In this document: positions 29,301 to 62,810 of the stretch, piece by piece
How the letters are laid out: each line of letters begins with the position of its first letter
How positions within the stretch are numbered: position 1 is the first letter of the stretch
Program-made: the position numbers and the translations under genes
Source of the DNA: Schmidtea polychroa
Lineage: Eukaryota
DNA: 64,000 nucleotides
Direction of reading: 5' to 3'
Assembly: GCA_044892525.1 (NCBI GenBank)
Contig: CM097885.1
Coordinates: 9,488,001-9,552,000 of the forward strand
The notes under the pieces: generated by a model
Told to the model about the DNA's origin: nothing
The model's input: only the letters and a program-made list of their open reading frames with translations
Database searches by the model: none

Positions 29301-32300
29301 AACTTTAAAATATTGAAAATCTAAAGTTGAAACCAGCTAATTTTATCACGATGATGATATATTTGAAATCTACTTGAAAATTAATGTAAAATATACTGAA
29401 ATTTAGTTTGAAAGATATATCATGTTATAATTGCTATATAATTAGTTGAATCGATGAAGAATTATGATCAATTAATGAGATATTATCATCTCTAGTTAGG
29501 TATTTGATGGTAAATGTGGTGAAATATTTGTAGAAAATATTGATTTTAGTAAATTTTGATTTTTTAATGGGCTCTTAATGCATGAATTTAGATACTAAAT
29601 TATTTCAATGGAAGGATGTCTGTAACAATTAAATAAAAATCATATTTTGAAGAATTTTCTATGGATTTTAAGAGATTTGATATATTAAAGGTCTGATATA
29701 TTAAAATGATAGAAATATTTGGTGAAGGATCGGTTAAGGTGGAAATGTTTGAAATCTCTATTTAAATCGACAATATTCTTATTGGTAAAATTTTAAAGGG
29801 AAATAGTCAGTATTTAGCTATGAATTAATAATAGTTCCTGTGAAATTATATCGTTTTAGAGGTTTATTAGGTTGTGATGAATGTTATTGTACAATAATTT
29901 AGATTTATGTTTTAGAACCAGTTTTTTTATTAATTATCCACTGTTTTATTAATGGTTAATGATCAATTTACTTGGTTTTCACAATGAAATATTTGAAATC
30001 TTTAGAATTAATTGATATCAAAGGTTTGCTTTAAATTATTTACTTAAGAAGTTATTTTATTCATTGTGGGGACATCAGTGACAAAACTTGAGAAATATTG
30101 ACTTAAAAGTTGGAAATCGACAACAGCTAAAGAAAATTGATCTTTATTGAAGGAATTTTATGATTTTAATTAGATTTCTAGAAATTAAATCGGTTGAATA
30201 TTAAAGGTAAAATCTATTGAAGGAATATTATTATCGGATGGATAAATCTTTCAATGATATTTTGCTAAATTACCTTTGCTAAATATTATTTTAAATGACT
30301 AAAAATGACAAAGTTAACCAATATTCTTAAATTATTTGCATAAAATATCCCTGTTTTGGTAAAAGTTACTCAAAAATCCCTATTTAAAAATGTTAACCAT
30401 ATATTTCTCACAAAGATATATTACACCCAATGATCATCTCATTAAATTAGAAAAGAATTGTAACCCTATAAGCACCTAATAAGCACCTTATTTGGTTAAA
30501 TGATAACCATATTCCTATTATGAATCCTTTAAATATTTTGCCTCGAACAAATTTACTCCAAATGATTAAGAATTTAAAATTATCAATGAATGATGACCAT
30601 GTTTTTCTCATATTATTAACTATTGTAACGAACATTAGATGAATAAATTACCTTTTGCTTTAAATGTCTAAAATGTTAACCAATAAATTAGTCGCTCGAC
30701 ATAAGTGTAAAGTTACATTTAAAATATTCACGAATTTGTGATCATCTCACTAAATTACCTAAGAATTTCTAACTGATTAATATTGCGACATGTTGAATGT
30801 GACCAGTACCCTTGCTAGCAATACCCATAGGGGGACAAAATATTTTGTCGGATAAACTCTGAGTATATGGTCTTTATTGATATATCAAAATACTGTTATT
30901 TATAAATTAACTAAAACATACTCAAAAATACTATATTATTTTACTGAAGGATACCTTAAATGTTTTTAATATACCATTGAAAATAGAATTTTTTGAACAA
31001 AATTTAGCGAAATTGAGAACAGGGTGATAACTGAACAAACGAATAGATGGCGATTAACTTCTGGCCACAACCCTAACAACATGAAAATTAAGATTTTAAT
31101 TATTGAATTCGTTGTTTTCTGCCTGGAAATACTAACAGAATATTTTTTTAATTCAAAGAATCTTCATTATAAATTTTTGAATTTAAAAAATTAAATGAAG
31201 GATATATAAGTGTACATAATATTATAATATTATATAAAATTATACTGTATTTATTAATAAATTTAGAATACATAAAATTATAATATTATTTAAAATTATA
31301 CTATATAATAATGTTTAAATATGCTTAAATAACTAAAGTGTTTAAATATGTTTAAATAACTAAATTTAAATTATTTAAATAAACTTTTCATATAACTTTA
31401 TTTCTTTCGTTTTAGTATTCATAAAGTAAGTAAATAAAGAATTTACTACAATATTTTAATTATTTTACTTAGTACTGAAGAAAATGAATTATATAATTAT
31501 GAAGAAGATGAACCAAACAAAATGGTGAAACACTAAATGACTTATGTTCTGGATTTAGAGATTTCTTTTTAAAACATGAATTATTGGATTATGAACCAGA
31601 CAAAATGGTGAAACACTAAAGGAGTTATAGTTCCGGATTTCTTAAATGAATTGGCCGATTGTGGGTGTCCTTCAACATGAATTATCAGATTAAAATTATG
31701 TAAACTTTCAACGAATGTCAAGAAAAATGGGAAAAATCGATGTTTTAGCAATTAAGTAAAGTACTCGTCATACCTGAAGAATATGAAAGATTTCAAATGT
31801 AAGACATGAATTAATTCTTTAAAATATATATATTATATTTAGGTATCGGTGTTTTATGGTGGGAAATGACATTGAAAAAGTATACCATAAATAACAGTTG
31901 CCTAATAGTCAGACAGAATTTAATTTGTGACGATAAAATGTTAGATAATGTAAATTAATTGCTTTTAAATCAATATAAATTTTAGCAATGATAGTTGACA
32001 CCGCATCAGAAACTAAGAAATACATCCAATTTGCAAGATGTATTCCAAATGGCCCGATGGAGATGATAATTTTGAGATAGATTACCAGCAGAAGAGCGAG
32101 AAAAATTTGTAAATTAAATATAATAGGGTTGGGTGGGTCCTCTTTATCCCTTAATTAATATATATTTACAAGCTGATCGTCGTGGTGGGCGGTTGTAATC
32201 CAACTAGTGGGAGGCCTCTGTAAATATATGTTTGTGTTAGTGAAAACATTAATTAATTTGGTTATAGTGCCAATGACGCATGTATTTTGAAATTATACGT

Positions 32301-34930
32301 TTCGAATGTGCTGGTAGTTGACTACCCATGCTAGGCGTAATGTTCCGTACGGAAAGCTATAATGCCCAGGTGCTTCTGACCCCACTTGGGGGAGGCACAG
32401 ACGACCCTTGTGGACGCGAACAAATATCCACCGTGTCTTTCAGGCACAGATATTTGGTCACTGCTCATTAGGCCTGGCAATACTAAATGCATAAACTTTG
32501 CCTTGTCCTCTCTTGTCTTGATTTTTATCGTTTAAATATTATTAAAAATAGTAGGTGTTATAAGTTTTATTTACTAACCTTAATAAACCATAATATGCTT
32601 TAAGATCGAAAACCCTTGCGACATGTTGAATGTGAGTAGTACCCTTGTGACCATTACCCATAGAGGGATAGAATATTTTGTCGGATAGACTAGGAGTATA
32701 TATGATAATAATATTCCCTGCTCGCGTTAATATTTTAAAAGAAAATATTGAAAATTAAAAAATAATAATATGTAATCAACGATTTAAACAAAATTATATT
32801 ATTACGTATTCGATAATTAAAACAAAAAATTATATAATCAATGATTTAAACAAAATTATATAATCAACGATTTAAACAAAATTAAATTATTATGTAATCA
32901 ATAATTAAAACAAAAATTATTAGTTCTAAAAATATGATGAGTCATCGTATGAGGCATCATTCTAAAAATATTACGTAATCATTCTAAAAATATTAGGCAT
33001 CGTTCTAAAAATATTAGGCATCGTTCTAAAAATAAGAGGTATCGTTCTAAAAATATGACGAGTCATAGGATGATAGGAATCTATAACTCATCTTAAAGGT
33101 CTTGTACTGGGCTTTAAACTGAGCTATCGATCGATGAAGTAGAATGATGGGAACGATAAATTTTGGGCAAACGAAAACCATGTCACCGCTAGATCACTAA
33201 TAATATTTTGAAAAATAATACGAGGCGTCGCTCTAAAAATATTAGGCATCGTTCTAAAAATATGACGTAATCATCGTTCTAAAAATGTGATGAGTCATTC
33301 TAAAAATATTAGGCATCGTTCTAAAAATATGACGTAATCATTCTAAAAATATTGGGCCTCGTTCTAAAAATATGACGTAATCAGTTTAAAAATATTAGGC
33401 GCCGTTCTAAAAATATGACGTAATCGTTCTAAAAATAAGGTGAGACATTGGGTGAGCCATTGTCTTTGTTCTAAAAATGTGATGAGGCATCATATGATAT
33501 GAATCTATAACTCATCTTAAAGGTCTTGCACTGGGCTTTAAGATGAGGTATCAATCAGAAAAATCGGTTGGCGGGAACATTAATTTTTGGGATGAAAAAA
33601 AGTGTGAGCCCTCTGGATCAATTAATAATATTTTGGAAAAAATTATGAGTCATAGGGTGAGTCATCGTTCTAAAAATATTAGGCATCATTCTAAAAATAT
33701 TAGACATCGTTCTAAAAATATTACGTAATCATTCTAAAAATATTAGGCATCATTCTAAAATTAAGAGGCATCGTTCTAAAAATATTAGGCATCATTCTAA
33801 AAATAAGGTGAGTCATTGTCTTTGTTCTAAAAAATATTAGGCATCGTTCTAAAAATATGACGTAATCATTCTAAAAATAAGAGGCATCATTCTAAAAATA
33901 TAAGGCATCGTTCTAAAAATATGACGTAATCATTCTAAAAATATTAGACATCGTTCTAAAAATATTGGGCATCGTTCTAAAATTATGACGTAATCATTCT
34001 AAAAATATTAGGCGTCGTTCTAAAATTATGACGTAATCATTCTAAAAATAAGAGGCACCATTCTAAAAATAAGAGGCACCATTCTAAAAATATTAGGCAT
34101 CGTTGGGTGAGTCATTGGGTGAGTCATTCTCTTTGTTAATATTAATGATGATGATACCTTCAATAGCTCATTCGAAAGGTCTTGCACTAAGCTTTAAGAT
34201 GAGGTATTGTCCAATAAATTCGGATAATGGGAACATTAATTTTTGGGATGAAAAAAAGTAGGAGCCCGCTGGACCAATTAATAATATTTTGAATAATAAT
34301 AATAATTTAACGTCGAAAAGATGGTGGTCATAAATTGTTAATAACATTAAAACTATTAAAGATATATAAAATACATATAGCTCATTCGAAAGGTCTTGGA
34401 CTGAGCTTTAAGATGAGGTATCGTCCAATAAAATCTGTTAACGAGAACATTAATTTTTGGGATGAAAAAAAGTGTGAGCACTCTGGATCACTTAATTTAA
34501 AAAATTACGTAATAGTTTTAAAATATTATGCATTGATTACGTAATAGTTCTAAAAATATGTGGCATCGTTCTTAAATTTTTTTTCCCGGGGGGGGGTGGT
34601 ATATGTGGTCTGGCGGGCTCCTGGTCTGGGGAGCTCACATCATACTACTATTTATTTTGTTTTAATTAATTTAATCGAATCATTAAGAGATTCTTCTAAC
34701 CTTATGGAATTGAGACAACAAATTAAAGAGTTTGGAAACACAACGGTGACCGACTTGGAAATTGAAAGAGCTCAACTAATCTCGAGGAACGTGGAATTAG
34801 AACAAGAGTTATTAGCAGCACAAGATTACATTGATTATTATCTTAAAAAGTAAGATGTTTAGGAGTTTAATTTGATTAAGGAATATTTAGAAAGCTCACC
34901 TCGAGAATTCCTAGAAATAAGAATCTCTGA
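16173..34930 (+). CDS. CCDC78: CCDC78-like coiled-coil protein, spliced. Exons: 16173-16388, 16441-16608, 19701-19808, 19880-19974, 20477-20555, 20614-20739, 20804-20985, 21037-21177, 34688-34849, 34891-34930
   Basis: All introns are GT-AG and phase-consistent through to TGA at 34928-34930. EEEKLRSSKLIMDLEIRNRQLKEQMETVRFDLLNKILHLEEKL resembles DUF4472. LRQQIKEFGNTTVTDLEIERAQLISRNVELEQELLAAQDYIDYYL resembles the CCDC78 C-terminus as I remember it. The start codon lies upstream. Confidence 0.72.
21582..21948. mobile_element. Small TIR element, possibly Merlin-derived, nested inside a second inverted-repeat pair (~21490/22016)
   Basis: TIRs GGTACTTCCGTGTTATCTTACC / GGTAAGATAACACGGAAGTACC are a 22-bp perfect match that extends further. 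The outer pair is TAATTTAAGCTTTTTGCTG / CAGCAAAAGGCTTAAATTA. Confidence 0.7.
22860..24130. repeat. Subterminal 22-24 bp tandem array of the left arm (mirror at ~32925-34130)
   Basis: Dozens of TTTTTAGAA(T/C)GATGCCTAATA and TTTTTAGAATGATTACGTCATA units, interspersed with ~130-bp modules. Confidence 0.9.
24565..24740. ncRNA. Candidate structured RNA inside the palindrome arm (mirror ~32305-32485)
   Basis: A GC-richer island with nested stems: TGCCAGG/CCTGGGCA, GCAGTGACC/GGTCGTCTGT, CAAATATC/GATATTTG, CCCC-AAGT-GGGG, TTCC-GTAC-GGAA, GGTAG-TCAA-CTACC. Family not recognised and strand unknown. Confidence 0.35.
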
Positions 34931-35829
34931 GAATTCAATCGAATGATATTTTTGTTATGAATTTTTTTCTAATACAATTTGTTTACCTTATTTTAATATT
35001 TTGCAAAATAATAGTAATTGAATTTTTTTAATTATAGCAATGTACATTTACGTCAACACTGTGTTTTCACCGGACATTAATTATAGAAATGAGCGCTCTA
35101 GCTTCAAGTAGTTTGTCTGTTTTATTGAAGCACCTCACGTTTTTGTGACGAATCAATTAGTTTGTTTTCTATTGGTTTTTGTTGAATGAAAGTTTTCAAT
35201 TAATACTGTTGCTATAATATAGAATGCATGTTTGATGAAAAACATTTTATAAATTCCTTAAGTATTGCAAATACTGAAAACAATTTCAAAAAACATTGAT
35301 ATCTTTACTGATTCATAGTCAATTTTTTAATAAATACAATGCCAATTGAAAGGAAATCAGAGGTGAACATTTAAAAACGTTCTTATAATACTACTTTATA
35401 TTTCTAAGCCTAATAATAATATTGAGTTATAAAACAAAAGAAGAATTTTGTTAGCTGGAAAATTAAATTAATCAGGAATAACAGAGAAATAATTAGCCTT
35501 AGAGCAGAATCTAAATTCTTTCTTTAAATTTGCAAGTCATTGGAACAAGAGAGAGTGCATGAAGCCAAGTTGAAACTAATTTTTTGTTGGCGGGCAGCAT
35601 GATAAAATTATAGGAAATTTACCATATATTTAACAAATTTAAAATAATTATATTTTGAAACTATCAGGAAACTGTCCTTTACTCTAATTAATCATAATAA
35701 TAGTATTTTAGTAGTATAAAAAAGATAAATAAAAAAAACTACTTTACATATAGTTTATTTAAAATAATTTAAAATATAAAATTTAACGAGATTTTTGAAA
35801 TTGCAAACAGTTTTTAACTAGATTTTCAA

Positions 35830-37130
35830 AATCTGAAGTCAAAGTACTTGTTGAAATCCGTAGTATAGAATACAGATTTGTATCAGACTTTGATTTATTG
35901 ATGTTTATGCAGAAGGAAGTTTGTTCATATATGTAAGTTGATGCAAATAAAACAAACATTTCATGGCAAAGTGTTGTATATTTTGAAAACTTGTCGCATT
36001 TTAGTGATGCATAAAATTTTGTTAATTCTGTTAATTTGAAATTCTCTCTTTGAGAATGTTATCATTCTGCAAATCTGTAAATTCCAGTTGCAGATCAGTA
36101 GAAGCTTTTATCAATATCATTTGAAAACTGCAAGTTAAGAACGAAAAACGGGTCCTAAAGAGCTTTAAAATCAAGAAAACGCAATTAAAACTCTTCTTTT
36201 AAAGGTAAAGTCTGATGGCTGCATTTTTTTACACATTCTGAAGAAACAAATTATGTCGTAAATGTTGGAAAGTGAACAAAACTTTATTCTTTCAGAAGTT
36301 TTGAGAACAGGATAAGAATCACTTGAAAAGACTTAATTTCTGCAAATAGCTCATGAGCAAAAACACTTTTTCCTGGCAGATTCACATTCAGTTCATTAGG
36401 CCTGTACAGTATGTCAACTGTAATTGCAAAATGAGACAGCCATTTTGTATTTTCCATCAGAGTTCTTTAATCTCCAGAAACAACACTATTTCATCTCTCA
36501 TATTCTACACTTTCTTTAAAACCTCAACCAACGTACATTTGTATGATTAAGTACATCACAATATTCAGATTTAGTCTCCTAGCTCCTAATGCATTCACAA
36601 CACAAACAACAGGGTCAACAACGTGTTTGAAATCAAGAACAGGTTGGCACAAACTTTCTTGGAGAATGATGCAATGACATGATTATATGCTGTGATTTGG
36701 ATGTAACATTTTCAATTGATCATTGAATGTGGATCGGAAACAGATTGAGATTGATGGGTTTGCAAAATCCCTCTGATTCAGCTGGTGTTTCAAAATTACC
36801 AATGAACAAAACAATGAAAAATACAATCTTGCATGGACCGTAGTTTACACACCCATACATTAGAGATTATAAATCAGTTTAGGTTCTTTTTCCAAGATAA
36901 TGATCATGGATTTCATCCAACATTATTCTTCTTAAATGTTCTTACAAAACTGAATCGAACTTTCCTTTAAGTTCTACCAAGGCAAGAAAGTTACCATTGT
37001 CTCTCTGATTACTTTTATTAATGAGACTCGAAAAGCAATGTTGTATTGAGCTAAAAATTAAGTAATTAAGAGTAATCTTTCAAAACCATTTTGTCGGTAT
37101 ACAATTTCAGCATTTAAACTTCTTTGATTT
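35830..37130 (-). pseudogene. Decayed hAT (Buster/GTF2IRD2-like) transposase
   Basis: The minus strand reads HCIILQESLCQPVLDFKHVVDPVVCVVNALGARRL and STYIYEQTSFCININKSK (similar to the hAT dimerisation domain), with many stops. Confidence 0.75.
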
Positions 37131-38789
37131 TGCTTGTCAGTAGCGCTTCATTTAACTTCATTTTCAATTAAGCCCACCTACTAACGCTCCCACAATACGT
37201 TGGAAAGCACTCATGATGAAGTTCTCAAAAGTAAATCTAAATTCGAAATTAATAAAAAATAATACATGTAATTGAAAAAATGGTTATAAAGTGATAACAC
37301 ATTTTTTGTAAAATCGCATCCTCCGTAACTACTTGACCTAACTATGCCAAGAGCTGGATTTGAACTCAATATTCACAAGAATAACTTTGATTTATAATGT
37401 GATTTGAAATTTTTTATCCGGTCTGGCAATATTTTCCCAATAATTTTGTGTTATAGCTCGTTTGCACTTTTTCGTTATATTTTCTCTTCCCTCTTGCTTT
37501 TTTTCTCTTTATGGTTCGCATTTTTATATTATTATTCAATAGCACATACAGATAGTTTGCTGGTCCTTTTACTTTTTCAATTTTAATTCCTATAAACTTC
37601 TAACATCCTAAAGATCTAACTATTATTTCACATAAGTTTTCGAAATGAGACAATTTCATTTCCCATTCGTTTACTCTTTTAAGTTTTTACTTTACCAATC
37701 AGTAATGACCTCATTTGTCTTATTGTTTGATTTTTGGTATTTTTTTCATATTTTTTAATTTCCTTTTTTTCTTTTTTCTCAAAATTTTGGACTTATGCAT
37801 GATGCCTTGATAGAGATATGGCATTAATCTCTAAAACAAGAGAAAAAAATCTACAATAATTACAGCTCAACAGGAAATATGTCTACAAATTCGTATTTTT
37901 GAATCCGTGGTAGATCAACTAGGAAGAGTATTATTCCAAAGCAATAGCGGCAGTTCAAAAAACATTCCTTGATGTTGAACTGAAAATAAAATAGAAGTTA
38001 CTATAACTAGTGGTCAATTTTATAGGAATTTGACCATTAACAGTGGTTCAAGAATATTTGTAATTAAACACAATGATACAAATGAAAAATTAATGAAAAA
38101 TTAATATTCTTATTCTAGTATATTTCCTGAAATTGACAAATGTGGCATTAAGCACGGTTAAGAAGAAGTCTGGTTTTTGTCAAAAAGATAATTATTTTGT
38201 TTGCTTTCACGTTTATTTATTTTTAATTTTAATACCACTATAATATTAGATAACCAATTTACAAATTTATGCAAGCAATAAAATAAAGCACTGTAAAAAT
38301 AATCTTTTTTCATTTTTCCTATTAAGCATTCCGATTCATTTTCAGTTCCCGGAATCTCTTTCGTTCAAAATTCATCGGTTTGGTTTGGAAGGCTTTTTTA
38401 AGCCCAGCGGTATTAAGTCTAACGATTGTAAGCCACATAAAGCCAGAAGTTATTGGAGGTATAAGTAGTTGCGGAGATAAAAATTCAAATTTTTTTAAAT
38501 TTTAAATTTTACGCTCGATTTCCTCTATGTTCCCGATAGAATTTTAAATTGAAATTTCGCACAGAAGTAGGACGTTCGATCTTTATTTAACTTCTGTTGA
38601 AAAATCTATGAAAAAATATATAGTTGCGGAGATAACACAAATGCAATAGCCATGAGTAATAAGAACATGCATATAATCGAAGTAAACTTTGAGAAACCTA
38701 TAATAGGAACAGAAAAATTAAACAAACCAAGAGAGGAATTAAAAGTGAACTATACGATGTTAACAGAAATTTATTGAATAGCCAATATA

Positions 38790-39220
38790 TTTTTATGACT
38801 AACAAATGAGATATCAAATGCATAACATTGCTGAAACATAAAATAGATCCACACGGGAAACCAATTAATATCAAGGCACGAATACAATCAATTCATTTGG
38901 AACCAAAGATTTAGTAGACAATATAGAATCTTTTTGAAAATGGGAAATATTAAGAAATGCAATTCATCATGGAATACACCGCTGGTTTGTGTTTGGTAAA
39001 TATGGAAACAAGACATGTCCAGATTTCTGACAGCTATACCTAGTTACACATAGACAAGCATATCCAATGCCAAATATAGCGGAGATATTAGATTTATTGA
39101 AAGCAGAAACATATTTTACTTTAATAGACATTGGAAATGGGTATTATCAGGTAGAAATTAAAAAATTCAAAAGGAAAGACAGTATTTTCCACAATAAAAG
39201 TTAAATATTGCTTCATCATT
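38790..39220 (+). pseudogene. Ty3/Gypsy reverse transcriptase fragment
   Basis: SSWNTPLVCV and YPMPNIAEILDLLKAETYFTLIDIGNGYYQVEI, with frameshifts. Confidence 0.75.
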
Positions 39221-39500
39221 CAAAATAATTCAAATTTTAGTTTATTTTAAAATCTTTATTTAAAAAAAAATTATTTAGATAATTTTTGATGGACTACTTT
39301 AGTTTTTAATGAATAATTTCTATGTTAATTTAGATATCGGTTGATAATTTTATTCTCTAATTGTTTTGTTTAAATATAGTATATTCTATAATTTTATAAA
39401 TAGTTTAATTTGAAGTTACCTATTCAGTGATTGGTTATACGTAGTAATATAAAATTTTTAGTTTATCTTTTGCTTTAGATCTATAAATAAATATTGACTG

Positions 39501-60499
<20,999 letters not shown>

Positions 60500-60777
60500 G
60501 TATTTTCTATATTTTAAATTATTACATTTATTTTCATATTTTTACCATTTACAATTTGTTGGGGTTATAATTTTATTGGAAACTTATCGCACATAAATAT
60601 AGCAGTTTATTAACCAAAGTAACTTGTTTTTTTAAATAAAATGGGATTTGAGATATAAAAAATAAAAATTTTTTAAAAATATAATTAAAAAATCTTTATT
60701 GTTGTTTGGGTTTAATACTGAATATAATAAAAAATTCTATAAATTTGATATTTTTTCAATTTATTTTGTTTTTCGAT

Positions 60778-62760
60778 TATTAGGATCTCATCCGTTACAA
60801 CATTAATATCTGGTTCCAAATCACTAAATATTTCCATAAATTTTATTCATTAAATTTTACACTCAAAAACTTGTCTCTCTTATTTTTGTTATTTAAACAA
60901 ATTTCAATTTTTCTTCTAAAATATTTTTCGATAAAAATATTTTTTTAAAAATGCTAAATGTCAGTCTCCTTTTTAAAATATTTTTCAATAAAAATATTTT
61001 TTAAATTTAACAAAATTTCTAATTAAATCTTAAAGAATCTTTTAACTTCCTCATATCCCCCTCCTTAAGAAATTTTTTAAGTTTTTCCACGTTTCTTTCA
61101 ATCTTTTTACCATTCTCATTTCTTAAGATATATCGTCTGTCATGCACTTTCTCGATCACTTTATATGATCCCTCATATCTGTGCTGGCTTTTGTTGCTAG
61201 TTTCTAATTTTACTAACACATCTTCTCCTATGTTGAATTTCCTCCTTGTTTTTCTTGTGACTCGTACCATTTCTCCCTGCTAATCTTTTTTCCAAAAACT
61301 ATCTCTGTCGTCTTTTTCATGTCGTTTTTTGTTTGGTTGCATTTAATGTAAATTCTCTGTCCAATCCGTTTACCTTCTGTCTCGTAAAGTAGCATTTATC
61401 AGATCTTGTATTGTCCTGAATCGCCTTTCTATCTGTTCATTTGTTTGGTGATGGCATGGACTCGAAAAACATAACTTAATATTAAGTTTCTTTGTGAATT
61501 CTCTAATCATTCCTGAGTCAAACGCCTTCCCACAATCAACTCTTATCTCCTTTGGGTATCCAAATCTAAAATCGTTTTCTTTATTGTTTCCTCGTCTTGT
61601 CTTGTTATAGCTGTCAAGACTTGATACTTACTATACTGGTCTATTATACCCAATATATACTTCTTACATCCTTTTGTTTCTTGCATTGGTCCACATATAT
61701 CCACGAATACAATTTCAAAAATTTCGGTTGATTCTAGTTTTTTTAGTGATTCCTTTATTGTAATTGTTATAGCCTTAGTTTTTTGATAAGTCTCACAACT
61801 TTGAGTCTCACAACTGCTCTAATGGTATCAAAACCGGCATCGGTATCTAAAATGAACTCCTTCTCAGAACCGGAAAGCAAAGAATCGGTGCCGTTGTAAA
61901 TGCTAACTTCAATCCCTTGAATACGGTATTCGTTCCTTCAGTCCATTCTAGTCTTTTCTTACTCGGACCTCTACATAATTGTTCTAACATCCTTGCTTTC
62001 TTTGCATACTCACTAATGAATCTTCTATAATAATTGAAAATGCCTAGAAAGCTTCGTAGTTTCTTTAAGCAACTTGGATTCCCAAAGTTTTGTATAGCCT
62101 AAATCTTAGAAGAATCGGTCTGTACTCCTTCTTTGCTGATTATGTGTCTTAAGAATCTGATTTCTTTCTGTATTATTTGACACTTTTCTGGGTTGATCTT
62201 TAGTCCTGCTTCTTCGATCGCTTTTAATACTTCACTGAGTATTGTATAATAAGGTTTTTCTTTACTATTCGAATAAATGAGAATGTATCCAAATACACCA
62301 TGGACCCATTTATTTTGCTTATTACCTTTGTCATCATTTCCGAACGGCATTCTATTGAAACAGTGTTGCCATTTCTTTGTTGAGAAGGCTGAAGGATCCT
62401 GATAGACCACTCTTGCATAACTTTTCATAGCGTTTATCTGATCTCTCATTTTTTTCTACTTTATCTATCAGAATTAATGTTTCCTTTATCTCCTCTGTGC
62501 TTTTTATCTTCCGCAATATTACTTTTTTCTCAACATTTTTATTCTCAGCACATACTATCAACATCTTTGCTATTATTTTGTATTTGGTGAATTCTTAATT
62601 CTCAAACAACCTGTTGACAAGGTCCTCCACTTCTTTTAAATATGTTTCAATCTCTTCGCTTCTTCTTTTATAATTCAATAAACTTTCCATATCCTTTATT
62701 ACGTGTCTTTCGTAATCAAATGCCATTCGTAACCTGGCTTGAAATCCTTCTGCTTTTTTT
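60778..62760 (-). mobile_element. Decayed Ty3/Gypsy retrotransposon: RT, integrase, PPT and 3' LTR
   Basis: FNRMPFG and LKINPEKCQ...FLRHIISKEGVQTD (RT), integrase remnants, RYEGSYKVIEKV (GPY/F-like), and PPT AAGGAGGGGGATA followed by TG at 61053. Confidence 0.85.
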
Positions 62761-62810
62761 CAGCCTTCTTTTTAAAATATTTTTTAAATATAACAATCAT
62801 ATCAATTTAA

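Larger units (their letters stand above)
22356..34649. mobile_element. 12.3-kb giant palindromic (foldback) non-autonomous Polinton-type element with a 6-bp TSD
   Basis: Termini AGTAGTATGATGTGAGCTCCCCAGACCAGGAGCCCGCCAG... and the reverse complement ...ACATCATACTACT. ATTTAT occurs at 22350-22355 and 34650-34655. Arms ~22356-28090 and ~28738-34649 are reverse-complementary, with a spacer at ~28091-28737. No intact long ORF. Confidence 0.92.

Noticed and set aside
23323..33728. Identical 61-aa ORFs at 23323-23508 (-) and 33543-33728 (+)
   Set aside because: They are mirror images produced by the palindrome and run through repeat units.
34560..34687. N-terminal part of ORF 34560-34853
   Set aside because: It reads through the element terminus and intron. 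Only 34688-34849 is exon.
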